From a virus: a stretch of 64,000 nucleotides of DNA. Shown one piece after another: positions 24,863 to 35,292 of the stretch. The stretch is taken from positions 1-64,000 of IMG/VR virus record IMGVR_UViG_3300018481_000020. The stretch is one strand, 5' to 3'. The notes beneath the pieces are model-generated. The model saw only the letters and a program-made list of their open reading frames with translations, did not search any database and had not been told where the DNA came from. The position numbers and the translations under genes are program-made. Every line of letters starts with the position of its first letter. The first letter of the stretch is position 1.

Positions 24863-27800
24863 ATGACGTTCGACCAGGCGCAGTCTCCGCGTCTGGGCCA
24901 GCGCACGGCGATCGAGTCCACCTATGTCCGGATGTTCTCCGGGACAGAGATCCCCGAGGCAGCCTGGCCCGGACAGCTGATCTACCGCAACGAATCCCAG
25001 GGCCTACAGATCTTCAACGGGAATGCCTGGGAGGACGTGGTCGGTGGTGTCCCCGGCACCCTGACCTTCGTCGGTACCACGATCCCGGTGGCACAGCATG
25101 CCGGCGACATCTGGTTCGACTCCGGAAACGGCAATCTGATGTACGTCGCGCACAGTCAGGGCGCGGATGCCATCGTGGCCGGCGAGTGGGAGCTGGTCTC
25201 GGCCGAGGTGCCCGCGATCACCGAGAACACCTACATCTACCACCAGGACACTCCACCAGGAGCAGGAGACACCCCACAGCCCAAGGAGAACGACTTCTGG
25301 TACGAGACCCCGGGGAACCACCAGTACTACTACGTCAGCGCCGCTCCTGGGACGCACTGGGTCTCGGTCCGGGACACCGGTATCGAGCAGGCCCAGGAGG
25401 CTGCGGAGGGAGCCCAGGGCACCGCAGATGAGGCCCTGGGCACCGCGAACGAAGCCCTGACCGCAGTGGGTGCGATCCCACCGAGGACCGATGGGCAAGT
25501 GCCTGCGACCTCACCGGCCGTGACGGTGACCCCGTTCGCACTCCGTAGCGTGCGTGCCTCCTGGGGTTCGGTGAGCAATGCGGAACCGGTGCGCTACCAG
25601 GTCTATGTCTCGGATGCTCCGATGCCGGGGACTACCCCGGACCCGACCAAGCTGTTCGATACCACGGCCGCGCTCAGCGTGGTGATCCCGGCCACGGTGC
25701 GGAAGTACGTGCGGGTACGCGCGGTGGACGAGGACGGCGGCGCGGTCAGCTGGGGTGCCGAGGGCAATGCGATGCCGGTGGTGTTCGATCCGGTTGACCT
25801 GGTCAACCTCACCGAGGATGTCACTGACTACATCGACCAGCAGGAGATCGATGCGCTTGCTGGGATGGAGAGCAGCATCGCCCCGACCATCAAGGGCTAC
25901 GTGGTCGAGTACGCGGTGAACTCTTCGGAGACGGTCGCGCCCACCACGGGCTGGTCCACGGCTCAGCCAACTCGTACCCCTGGTCAGTTCATCTGGACCC
26001 GTACCACGGTGACCCGACACGACGACACCACCTCCACCACGGCACCTGCGCTGTTGACTGGGAACACCGGTGCCACTGGTAGCCAGGGAATCCAGGGCTC
26101 GGCTGGGACAGCTGGGACTACCTACTACACCTGGCTGAAGTACGCATCGAGTGCGACCCCAGCTGCGGGCGATATGTCCGACTCGCCGGCGGGGAAGACC
26201 TACATGGGCATCGGGGTGGGCAAGACCTCGGCCATCGAGAGCACTTTCTACACCGATTACACCTGGTCGCTCATCCAAGGACCACAGGGAAACCAGGGCA
26301 TTCCAGGCACACCGGGCGCAGATGGGGTCACTACCTACACCTGGGTCAAGTACGCCCCCAACGGAGCTCCTACCAACCTCCAGATCTCCGATCTGCCAGC
26401 AGGTATGACGCACATTGGTCTGGCCTTCAACAAGACCACGGCCACCGAGTCAACGGTCGCTACTGACTACACATGGTCCTTGATCCAGGGCCCACAGGGT
26501 TCACCAGGGATTCAAGGTAATCCCGGAGCGGACGGGATCACCTACTACACCTGGCTGAAATATGCCTCCAGTGCCACTCCAGCAGCCGGAGACATGGCTG
26601 ATCTCCCAACTGGCAAGACCTATATGGGCATCGCGGTGGGCAAGACCTCTGCGGTTGAGTCGACGGTCTACACCGACTACAACTGGTCACTCATCCAGGG
26701 AGCACAGGGAAACCAAGGGATCCCGGGTACCCCTGGCGCTGATGGCGTGACGACGTACACCTGGGTGAAGTACGCGCCCAACGGCACACCAAGTGATGCC
26801 CAGATCTCTGACCTGCCGGCCGGGATGACCCATATCGGTCTGGCGTTCAACAAGACGACTGCCACGGAATCCACCTCAGCGGCGCAGTACCAATGGTCAC
26901 TGATCCAGGGTCCACAAGGTAGTCCGGGCATCCCTGGCACACCGGGTGCTGATGGGATCACCTATTACACGTGGCTCAAGTACGCATCCAGCTCTACTCC
27001 CCTTGCTGGGGACATGTCCGACTCTCCGGTCGGAAAGACCTATATGGGGATCGCGGTAGGGAAGACCTCGGCTACTGAGACCACCGTGTACGCCGACTAC
27101 ACCTGGTCCTTGATCCAGGGTCCACAGGGCAACCAGGGCATCCAGGGACCTGCTGGGGCAGACGGACAACCCACCTATACCTGGGTGAAGTACGGCACTT
27201 CTGTCGCCGGCGCAGGGATCAACGACTCGCCAGTGGGGATGACCTACATCGGGCTGGCCTTCAACAAGACCACTGCGGTCGAGTCGACCGACCCGTTGCA
27301 GTACCAGTGGTCGCTGATCCAGGGACCTCAGGGCTCACAGGGGATTCAAGGCCCTGCTGGGCCCAACGGCGCATCGCTGTACACCTGGCTGAAGTACGCG
27401 GACACCCCCACCACCGGGATGAACGATCTGCCGGCAGGCAAGACCTACATGGGTGTCGCGTACAACAAGACGAGCTCCACCGAGTCGAGCACCTACACCG
27501 ACTACGAGTGGTCACTCATCCAGGGTCCACAGGGCAACACCGGCATCCAGGGTCCAGCTGGAGCCAATGGTCAGCCCACGTACACCTGGATCAAGTACGC
27601 ACCGAACGGCACCCCCACTGATGTGCAGATCTCGGACCTTCCTGCTGGGATGACGTACATCGGGTTCGCCTTCAACAAGACGGTTGCTGCTGAGTCCACT
27701 GTCGCGACCGACTACACCTGGTCGCTGATCCAAGGGCCGCAGGGTAACGCTGGTACGCCCGCCTCGATGGTCGACTTGGTCGCGACAACGCAGGTGCTGT

Positions 27801-30800
27801 CTGCGACTGCTGTCGCTGGTGCAGCAACCACTCCGACGACTGCGGTCGTGACCGGCACGGCCACCAACACGACGATCAGCACCTGGACGTTCAACCCAGA
27901 CGGAGCTGGGTTCGGAGCTGCCCCCGCGTACGTCTCTGTCGCCGGGAACGTGGTGACCGTCACTGGTGCCACCATGACGGCCAAGTCGCTGGCGATCAGA
28001 GCCACCGGCGCGAGCGGTGTCACCGACACCATGACCATCGCCAAGGTCACCGCTTCTGTCGGCATCTCAGGTGCGCCGGTGATTACCTATCAGGCTGGCT
28101 CTAGCGCCACGACCGCACCGACCGGCTCCTGGGTGACGACTCCGCCGGCCACCACTCCAGGGCAGTTCCTCTGGACTCGCACGATCACGACGTACACCGA
28201 CAACTCGACCGGTACTGCCTATGCGGTGGCCGCGCACGGCACCACTGGTACACCGGGTACCACCGTCACTGGCAACGTCATCGATTATCAGGTCGGCAGT
28301 AGCGGGACCTCGGTTCCGGTGAGCACCTGGGTGACCTCACCAGTGCCCGTCACCACCCCTGGCCAGTTCCTCTGGACCAGGACCACCACCAGCTACTCCG
28401 GTGGCGTGCCCTCGGCGGTCTCCTACTCGGTTGCAGCGCACGGTACGTCAGGAGCAGCTGGTGCCGACGCCATCACGGTGGTGCTGACCAACGAGTCCAT
28501 GAACTTCGCAGGTGGCTTGACCGCTGCGCTCGGTGGCACTGAGGACACCGGGGTGATTGCCTACAAGGGTGCGGTCCAGCAGACCATCGACGTGGGCACC
28601 ATCACCGTGGTCGGTGCTCCTGCCGGCATCAGCGCGGCGATCCTCTCGGGCGATCTCAGCACCGCCCCGATCATCCGAGTTACGACTACCACGGGATTGA
28701 CGGCCACTTCCGGCACCATCGACGTGGCCCTGATCGTTGCTGGCCAGTCGTTCACCAAGGTCATCTCCTGGGCGGTGAACCGCACCGGAGCCCAGGGTGG
28801 CCAAGGAAATCAGGGCAACAGCATCACCGCTGTCACTCCGTACTGGGCTCAGGTGACCACAGGTGCAGCCGCGCCAACGCAACCGACCACCCAAGCGACG
28901 CCACCTGCCCCATGGGTGGCCACCGAACCGGCGTACGCCTCCAACACCGAGATGTACACCACCGAGAAGATCACCTACTCCAACGTCACCTACACCTACA
29001 CCACGGTGGCGAAGTCCTCGACCTACTCCGGGATGCTTCCCAAGATCTCGCTGATCGGGACGAGCGGCAAGGCGTTTCGCGGAGTGGCGACGTACATGGA
29101 GTCCTCCACGAACCTCGTCGGGAACATCGTGATCGACACCCCGATCACGTTCACCGCCCAGATGTGCAAGTTCCGCATCTCGGGTTACAACTACCACAAC
29201 CTCAACGGCACGATTGACCTTGAAGTGGCTGCCTACGCCTACACCACTCCATCGGTGGTGAATGCCTCGGCGGTCAACAGCGGCAACATGCCAGTCACGG
29301 TGCGCATTGGTCGGAAGATCTCCACCGGGACAATGCGCATCATCATCAAGTCAGAGGCTACGAGCAACTACTGGCAGTACCCAAGGATCGCAAATCTCGA
29401 TGCGGAGATTGGTTCCACAACCGCTCCCGACTCGTGGCTGAGCGGCTGGACCATCACCCGTATAGACGAGGCCACCACCCTGTCGAGCAGCGATCTGGTA
29501 GTTGCGCCCACCACCGCGAACCTCCCGGCAGACCTGTCCAGCAAGGTCCAGTGGGGTGCCAGCGCCCCAGTGAACGGGTCCACCATCGGCAAGGTCGGTG
29601 ACCTCTACTACGTAAAGTCCGGTACCACCCCGAATACCCAGATCGACGCGATCTATGAGTGCACCACCGCGAACAACTGGACCATCCGCTATGTCGAGTC
29701 CGCTGCGATCAAGAACCTAGCGGTCGGGAAGATCACCGCGCTGGGCACCGAACTGTCCAAGCTCACCGGGGGTGGGCATCTGATCGACCCCAAACCGACG
29801 CTGGTTGCCAACGATCCGGTTGTCGGGTCCATCTCCTGGCCTCAGTTCAAGGTCAAGTATCAAGAGCACGAACTCACCGTCCCGTTGGGCAACACCGCGA
29901 ACAAGTGGGTGATCTATCGGTGGAGTGGTACGGCTGGGTCCATTGCCTACTCCGACACCAGACCCACACTGGCTGTGGGCGACATGATCCTGTTCTCCAA
30001 CGTGAGCGGCGTCCCGTTCCGGGTGTTCGGCACCGTGCTGGTGGACGGTGACATGGTGATCGACGGCTCGCTGTCCACCAAGTCCCTCATTGCTAACGAG
30101 ATCTACTCAGATGAGGGCTACTTCGGAAAGCTGGACGCAAATCAGATCGAAGCTGGGTCAGGCCTGATCAACGAGTTGGAGCTCATCGGTGGGTTGAAAC
30201 TGAACGTGACGACCGCGTTCCCTGACGGCACGATGCGGCTCAACCCCAGAGAAGGTCTGTTCTTCGATCACCCCGATCCGGTAACCGGCCTTCCTACTGG
30301 CAAGAAGACCTACATCAAGGCAGATGGCACCGGCTCACAGTTCATCGGTAACGCGACTTTGGACAACCTCACCGTGAACGGTGGGATGAACCTGTCCGGT
30401 GCGAACCTGGCGATCTCCGGGACAGTGCGGACACTGAATGGGTATGCAACCCCGACCAACCCAGTTTCGGTGACTGGTTCCCACCCGGTGAACACAGCTC
30501 GCGCCTCCTCTTGGTGGGATGGTACGGGTGGAGCCAGAGGGACCACGAGTGAGTACCACGCCGGACTCTGCGACACCGTGGGTGGGGGCGAGTTCGTCAC
30601 GGCCCGATACGGCATCTATGGAGGCCCTTATGGCGACATAGTGTGGGGCTCGCGCATCGACAGCACCTCGTTCATCGAGGAGAGCCTTCCGACAGGATGG
30701 TCTCCAATAGGCGGAGTCACTCGGATTGGTGGCACCTACTACACCCTTTGCTGCCCCAGAAACGCCACCGGGGTGTACACCTACACCTCGTGGCGGATCT

Positions 30801-32137
30801 ACAAGATCGCTCAAGGCGGCACGGTCACCGGCTCTTTCGACATGACTCATGGTCTCGGCTCGTCGTCGCGCATCCCCTCCATCGGAAACGACGGCACCAA
30901 TCTCCTGTTCGCGATCCCCACCACGAGCGACACCCTCTACATTCGGACCTGCCTGCCCACCTTCACCGGCACGCTCGATTCAACCGGACAAATCTACTGC
31001 GGTGCCTACGCCACTACGACGAAGGGGATCATTCGCACATTCGCGGCGGGGCCGACCGGACTCGATCGGTATTACGTCATCTCGGCGGGTGGGTCTTACT
31101 GCCATACGACAGCCGGAGTTCGGACCAACGCGGAGAACTTCTCGCTTGCGGCCGGAAGTTGCAATGGCGCGTTCATCGACACCGCTGGTGGCGGAACGAT
31201 CAAGACCCTGCACAGTGACGGAAAGGTCTACTCCTACACCTGGCTCAGTGGGACCTGGGCTGTCGGTCACTCCTGGTACGGAACCGCTCGTGCACCGAAT
31301 GCGGCAGCAGAGACATTTGCCAAGGTCATCACAGTCACTCCACCTCGGTTTGCCGACTGGACTGTCTCATTGTCCGAGGCACCACCTGGTACTGATGCCG
31401 ACACCGCCAGTCCCAACGCGGCTCGGATCTATGCAGGGCCAGTTGGTGCCCCGACTTTTCAAGACCTCCTGACGAGCGGTGCACCGTGGTCGAAGACCTA
31501 CACGACTCCCTGGCCGGTCACTACGCCGGGTGTTCCTACCAGCAACGGCTTCTCTACCCGTCCAGGTGGACTGGGTGTACTGGAGTCCTGGGCGAAGCAA
31601 ACTGATCTCGTCACACCTATCTGGCGGGTGCAAGGCTCGGGGGATGGGTTCATTGGATCAGCTCTGTCATGGGACTCGACGGGCACTTCCACGGTGCCCA
31701 CGGCGGGCTTCCGTAGCACCACCACCGACCAGACCCTCGCCACTTCCGGTGCGTGGGCTGCGCTCTTGCTCACCGGTACACCCGATCACAACGTCGGTGG
31801 GATCACGTACTCAGCCGGGGTGATCACGGTTCCCGTTGCAGGGATCTACGTGGTCAACATCCTCGTCAACTGGGTGTCGTCCGCAGCCGGTGGTCGACGG
31901 ATCGTTCAACTCGCACGATGGGCCTCAGCGGCGGGTGTACCCGTACTGGGCTTCAACGGCAACTCGCTCGGGCGGCAGGAGATCAGTCCTAACTCATATG
32001 CCACGAACATGCTCGTCATACAGGCCAGCCTTGCGGCTGGAGACAAGCTGAGAACAGATTGCTATCAGTCCTCGGGTGTGTCTCTTGCTATCGACAACAG
32101 CACTCCCGCCCATTTTGACGTTCGCAAGATTGGATAA
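24863..32137 (+). CDS. giant tail fibre / receptor-binding protein (2424 aa)
   Basis: FN3-like domain, collagen linkers, eight ~70-aa repeats, GQFLWTRT modules, C1q-like C-terminus. Confidence 0.85.
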   Translation: MTFDQAQSPRLGQRTAIESTYVRMFSGTEIPEAAWPGQLIYRNESQGLQIFNGNAWEDVVGGVPGTLTFVGTTIPVAQHAGDIWFDSGNGNLMYVAHSQGADAIVAGEWELVSAEVPAITENTYIYHQDTPPGAGDTPQPKENDFWYETPGNHQYYYVSAAPGTHWVSVRDTGIEQAQEAAEGAQGTADEALGTANEALTAVGAIPPRTDGQVPATSPAVTVTPFALRSVRASWGSVSNAEPVRYQVYVSDAPMPGTTPDPTKLFDTTAALSVVIPATVRKYVRVRAVDEDGGAVSWGAEGNAMPVVFDPVDLVNLTEDVTDYIDQQEIDALAGMESSIAPTIKGYVVEYAVNSSETVAPTTGWSTAQPTRTPGQFIWTRTTVTRHDDTTSTTAPALLTGNTGATGSQGIQGSAGTAGTTYYTWLKYASSATPAAGDMSDSPAGKTYMGIGVGKTSAIESTFYTDYTWSLIQGPQGNQGIPGTPGADGVTTYTWVKYAPNGAPTNLQISDLPAGMTHIGLAFNKTTATESTVATDYTWSLIQGPQGSPGIQGNPGADGITYYTWLKYASSATPAAGDMADLPTGKTYMGIAVGKTSAVESTVYTDYNWSLIQGAQGNQGIPGTPGADGVTTYTWVKYAPNGTPSDAQISDLPAGMTHIGLAFNKTTATESTSAAQYQWSLIQGPQGSPGIPGTPGADGITYYTWLKYASSSTPLAGDMSDSPVGKTYMGIAVGKTSATETTVYADYTWSLIQGPQGNQGIQGPAGADGQPTYTWVKYGTSVAGAGINDSPVGMTYIGLAFNKTTAVESTDPLQYQWSLIQGPQGSQGIQGPAGPNGASLYTWLKYADTPTTGMNDLPAGKTYMGVAYNKTSSTESSTYTDYEWSLIQGPQGNTGIQGPAGANGQPTYTWIKYAPNGTPTDVQISDLPAGMTYIGFAFNKTVAAESTVATDYTWSLIQGPQGNAGTPASMVDLVATTQVLSATAVAGAATTPTTAVVTGTATNTTISTWTFNPDGAGFGAAPAYVSVAGNVVTVTGATMTAKSLAIRATGASGVTDTMTIAKVTASVGISGAPVITYQAGSSATTAPTGSWVTTPPATTPGQFLWTRTITTYTDNSTGTAYAVAAHGTTGTPGTTVTGNVIDYQVGSSGTSVPVSTWVTSPVPVTTPGQFLWTRTTTSYSGGVPSAVSYSVAAHGTSGAAGADAITVVLTNESMNFAGGLTAALGGTEDTGVIAYKGAVQQTIDVGTITVVGAPAGISAAILSGDLSTAPIIRVTTTTGLTATSGTIDVALIVAGQSFTKVISWAVNRTGAQGGQGNQGNSITAVTPYWAQVTTGAAAPTQPTTQATPPAPWVATEPAYASNTEMYTTEKITYSNVTYTYTTVAKSSTYSGMLPKISLIGTSGKAFRGVATYMESSTNLVGNIVIDTPITFTAQMCKFRISGYNYHNLNGTIDLEVAAYAYTTPSVVNASAVNSGNMPVTVRIGRKISTGTMRIIIKSEATSNYWQYPRIANLDAEIGSTTAPDSWLSGWTITRIDEATTLSSSDLVVAPTTANLPADLSSKVQWGASAPVNGSTIGKVGDLYYVKSGTTPNTQIDAIYECTTANNWTIRYVESAAIKNLAVGKITALGTELSKLTGGGHLIDPKPTLVANDPVVGSISWPQFKVKYQEHELTVPLGNTANKWVIYRWSGTAGSIAYSDTRPTLAVGDMILFSNVSGVPFRVFGTVLVDGDMVIDGSLSTKSLIANEIYSDEGYFGKLDANQIEAGSGLINELELIGGLKLNVTTAFPDGTMRLNPREGLFFDHPDPVTGLPTGKKTYIKADGTGSQFIGNATLDNLTVNGGMNLSGANLAISGTVRTLNGYATPTNPVSVTGSHPVNTARASSWWDGTGGARGTTSEYHAGLCDTVGGGEFVTARYGIYGGPYGDIVWGSRIDSTSFIEESLPTGWSPIGGVTRIGGTYYTLCCPRNATGVYTYTSWRIYKIAQGGTVTGSFDMTHGLGSSSRIPSIGNDGTNLLFAIPTTSDTLYIRTCLPTFTGTLDSTGQIYCGAYATTTKGIIRTFAAGPTGLDRYYVISAGGSYCHTTAGVRTNAENFSLAAGSCNGAFIDTAGGGTIKTLHSDGKVYSYTWLSGTWAVGHSWYGTARAPNAAAETFAKVITVTPPRFADWTVSLSEAPPGTDADTASPNAARIYAGPVGAPTFQDLLTSGAPWSKTYTTPWPVTTPGVPTSNGFSTRPGGLGVLESWAKQTDLVTPIWRVQGSGDGFIGSALSWDSTGTSTVPTAGFRSTTTDQTLATSGAWAALLLTGTPDHNVGGITYSAGVITVPVAGIYVVNILVNWVSSAAGGRRIVQLARWASAAGVPVLGFNGNSLGRQEISPNSYATNMLVIQASLAAGDKLRTDCYQSSGVSLAIDNSTPAHFDVRKIG
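26119..27746 (+). repeat. eight intragenic ~210-bp repeats, alternating A/B types
   Basis: YTW(L/V/I)KY...WSLIQGxQG eight times. Confidence 0.9.
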
Positions 32138-32142
32138 CACGG

Positions 32143-32415
32143 ATGGTTGATCTACCCACGTTCACGAACCTCACTGCCGCACAGGCTGCGACACTCCTGG
32201 ACACGTTCAAGCCGTTCGAGGGAGCCACCCAGGCGCAGACACGGGACGCCTATCTTGCAGACCTGCGGGAGTGGCTGATGGCTAAGGCCAAAATCCACCG
32301 ACAAGAAGTCCGAGCAGCTGCACAGGTTCAAGAGGTGATTGCGGAGAACGAACAGATGGAGACCTCGCTACCGGTGGTGGTCAAGCCGACACCGCCAGAA
32401 CCGCCGCCACCGTGA
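32143..32415 (+). CDS. hypothetical protein (possible fibre chaperone)
   Basis: Directly after the fibre gene. Confidence 0.6.
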   Translation: MVDLPTFTNLTAAQAATLLDTFKPFEGATQAQTRDAYLADLREWLMAKAKIHRQEVRAAAQVQEVIAENEQMETSLPVVVKPTPPEPPPP

Positions 32416-32456
32416 CGACTAGCGTGAACTGAGACCATGAACTAGAGGAGGCAGCC

Positions 32457-32783
32457 ATGCCAGGAACCACCCCAGCTCAAGCCTTCCGGATCCCGATCAC
32501 CACGGATGATCCGGATGTGGTCGACGACATCACCCAGCTGGCCAAGATGATCGAGAAGCGGGTGATGGGGGTCTACGCGACCACTGCCGCGCGCGATACC
32601 GCTACCGCGACAGCCGGGGTGGAGGAGGGTATGTTCGCCTTCACTAAGGACGCTAACAAGGTCTGGTACTACGACGGAGCGGCTTGGGTGGCCTTCCCTC
32701 CGCCCCAGCCCACGATCACCTCGGGGACCTCGGTGCCGGCCAACTCCTCGGGTGTCAACGGCGACATCTTCTTCAAGGTGTGA
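32457..32783 (+). CDS. minor tail protein
   Basis: ARD...EGMFA...YDGAAWV; SGTSVP...GVNGDIFFK. Confidence 0.7.
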   Translation: MPGTTPAQAFRIPITTDDPDVVDDITQLAKMIEKRVMGVYATTAARDTATATAGVEEGMFAFTKDANKVWYYDGAAWVAFPPPQPTITSGTSVPANSSGVNGDIFFKV

Positions 32784-32784
32784 C

Positions 32785-33894
32785 GTGCCGATCTACCAGA
32801 AGGTCGACGATGTCTGGACCCAGGCCCAGCGTCCCTACGTCCATCTCAATGATGTCTGGACGGCGGGCAAGAACGCCTATGTGAAGCGCAGCGGGGTCTG
32901 GGTCCAAGCCTACGAGTACGACGTGCTCCCACCGAAGCCACCTGAGGTGTCGCTGAGCATCTACGAGGACCGGAATGGCAACAAGCTGGTCACCAGGTGG
33001 ATCAGGGTAGGAATACGCCTGCCCGGGGCCAGCAACGACGCGGACGCTCGCCTGGTGCGGGTGCTGACCGACTACGCGGGGAAAGCGCCCACCACCCAGT
33101 TCGGGGGCACCTGGACTGCCTATTCGGACTCCAGCTACCCCAGCGAGCCGTGGAGCGAGTGGCGCTACAACACCTACGGTGTGCACAAGGACACCAGTGT
33201 TGATATCGGCAAGCAGTGGCCACGCAACGCCAAGGCTGGCACCATCATTGCCGGGGAGCGGTACTACCACTTCGGAGCCTGGAGCCTGGACAACAACGGG
33301 AACTGGAGCATCGGCACCCAGGCCAGGATCTGGGTGCCCAAGGCCTCGGTGGACGCTCCGAACATCATCATCAAGGAAGCCCACGTCCAGCCGGTCTACT
33401 CGGGCTCCTGGACCTCGTCCGGGTACACCTCCGGTTCCCTGGTCCAGCAGAGCTCCCCACGATCCCAGGGCTTGTGGTTCTACGGCCATCAGTTCACCGA
33501 CATGATCGGGGCGCACACCACCTATGGGGAGAGGATCAGCGTTCGGGCTGCCCAGATCTACATCAAGCGCGAGGATGACAATGGTGCGGCGAACGCAAAT
33601 ATCTACCTGTTCCGGACGGGTTACCCCTATATGAGCTCGCTGCCAGCTGCGGGGCAGTACCTCAGCGTTGCGGAAACCGTCAAGCTGGGCACCCTGGCCA
33701 AGGGTCAGGCCAAGTGGTTCGAGCTGCCGGACTCTTTCAAGAACAACCTGAACAAGGACATCAAGGGCATGGGGTTGCACAACAAGGATCCGGTCAAGGC
33801 CACCGCCTTCCCGGAGGACTACTCCTCCGTCGTCGGCACGGCCGTCAATCTGCGGGTCGGTGAGGTGCATATCGTCTGGCAGGAGGAACTGTAG
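32785..33894 (+). CDS. minor tail protein
   Basis: N-terminal YxKVxxVW repeats; beta-rich; context. Confidence 0.7.
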   Translation: MPIYQKVDDVWTQAQRPYVHLNDVWTAGKNAYVKRSGVWVQAYEYDVLPPKPPEVSLSIYEDRNGNKLVTRWIRVGIRLPGASNDADARLVRVLTDYAGKAPTTQFGGTWTAYSDSSYPSEPWSEWRYNTYGVHKDTSVDIGKQWPRNAKAGTIIAGERYYHFGAWSLDNNGNWSIGTQARIWVPKASVDAPNIIIKEAHVQPVYSGSWTSSGYTSGSLVQQSSPRSQGLWFYGHQFTDMIGAHTTYGERISVRAAQIYIKREDDNGAANANIYLFRTGYPYMSSLPAAGQYLSVAETVKLGTLAKGQAKWFELPDSFKNNLNKDIKGMGLHNKDPVKATAFPEDYSSVVGTAVNLRVGEVHIVWQEEL

Positions 33895-33932
33895 AACCAG
33901 GAATGACTAGCCAACACAGTGAGGATGAAGAC

Positions 33933-34331
33933 ATGAGCGAGAAGAAGACGAACCTGGCCGAAGAGAACGCCGAGCGCACGCGCGAGGGCAACCAAGCCAA
34001 TGTGGAGGGCGATGACAACTCCCAAGTGGTAGATGCCGGGGTTCCTGGCCAGATCCAGTACCCCGACCGTGAGGTGTATGCGGAGCGAGCAGCCGCGTTT
34101 GCTGCTGGCAAGGTGGACACCTTGTATCCCGAGGAGGAGACCGGCGACCGCCAGGTCTACAACACCCTCCCCGAGCGGGAGACTGGTGATGAGACCGGGG
34201 AGGAGACCGAGCCGGCTGCGATGCGTGGCATGGGCACCGACCCCAACGAGGACAATGAGGGTGGCGACACCAAGACCGGTGACAAGGACGACGACACCAA
34301 GTCCAGGAGCCAGAAGAGGAAGCAGTCTTGA
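33933..34331 (+). CDS. acidic low-complexity protein
   Basis: D/E-rich ORF with basic tail; start 33903 or 33933. Confidence 0.65.
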   Translation: MSEKKTNLAEENAERTREGNQANVEGDDNSQVVDAGVPGQIQYPDREVYAERAAAFAAGKVDTLYPEEETGDRQVYNTLPERETGDETGEETEPAAMRGMGTDPNEDNEGGDTKTGDKDDDTKSRSQKRKQS

Positions 34332-34447
34332 GCAGTGGCCGTGGTCCTGAGCCCGAAGACGAGGTCAGTGACGAAGACGTATTTGACCCGGAGGAAGAGG
34401 CTCAGGAAGACGAACCCGAGGCAGAAGAGGATTCCGAAACCCCCTAG
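34328..34447 (+). CDS. possible 39-aa highly acidic peptide
   Basis: TTGA overlap; GPEPEDEVSDEDVFDPEEEAQEDEPEAEEDSETP. Confidence 0.35.
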   Translation: MSSGRGPEPEDEVSDEDVFDPEEEAQEDEPEAEEDSETP

Positions 34448-34459
34448 AGAGAAGATCTG

Positions 34460-34993
34460 ATGTCCACATCGGTGAACGGTTGGCCGGTACTCCAATCAGG
34501 CTCCAAGATGCTGCACAAATGGGATGTACCGGACTGTGACCGGCACTTGATCCTGCGACGGGGCTCGGCTGGGTTCCTATTGATCCACAACGCCACCTTC
34601 ATCGATCGCTTCGTGGAGAGGCTGGACCGGCATGGCTCGGTCTGGGATGAGTGGGGGCACGCGGTCCGTCCGATCAGGGGACAGACCTCGGGTTATTCCA
34701 ACCATGCTTCTGGGACGGCCACCGATCTGAATGCGACAAGGCACCCCAGAGGGGTACGTACCCGGTCAACATGGACCGATCATCAGCTCAGCCAGATCCA
34801 CCGCCGGCTGAAGATGTACGAGGGCTGTCTGACCTTTGGTGGTGACTGGACCAAGATCCCGGATGCGATGCACTGGGAGATCTCCGATGACCTGGGACAC
34901 TGCGAGCGGGTCGCCCGGAGACTGCTGCGCACCAAGATCGGCAAGGCCGTCCTGGATGACAACCCTGGCCAGCGCCGGGTGATCATGTCATGA
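34460..34993 (+). CDS. endolysin, M15-family Zn peptidase
   Basis: S.NGWP, RPIRG, SNHASGTATDLN, DAMHWE. Confidence 0.9.
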   Translation: MSTSVNGWPVLQSGSKMLHKWDVPDCDRHLILRRGSAGFLLIHNATFIDRFVERLDRHGSVWDEWGHAVRPIRGQTSGYSNHASGTATDLNATRHPRGVRTRSTWTDHQLSQIHRRLKMYEGCLTFGGDWTKIPDAMHWEISDDLGHCERVARRLLRTKIGKAVLDDNPGQRRVIMS

Positions 34994-35292
34994 GACCACC
35001 GCCGACCTGCACCATCACTGGCTCGTTCGAGCAAGGAAAGCGTCCGGTCCAGGGCCTGGTCCGGTTCACGCCGGAGCGGCTCTGGGTGATCCAGGAGGGG
35101 ATCGCCTGGGCCGTTCTGGCACCTGAGGTGGTGCTGGAGGCCGATGGCAGCTTCGTGGTGGCGGTGACTCCCACCAACGTCGACCCGGTGCCCTGGCGTT
35201 ACCTCGTGGAGACCCCCGCTGGCAGCTTCAAGATCGCGGTAGCCATGAACGAGATGGGGCACACACTCAGGGAGCTGCTGCAGCGCGGATGA
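34990..35292 (+). CDS. hypothetical beta-rich protein
   Basis: GLVRFTP...L.ADGSF.V...WRY.V; coupled. Confidence 0.65.
   Translation: MRPPPTCTITGSFEQGKRPVQGLVRFTPERLWVIQEGIAWAVLAPEVVLEADGSFVVAVTPTNVDPVPWRYLVETPAGSFKIAVAMNEMGHTLRELLQRG

Noticed and set aside
24863-32137. Diversity-generating retroelement target in the fibre gene
   Set aside because: No reverse transcriptase in the window; the repeats differ at all base types rather than only at adenines.
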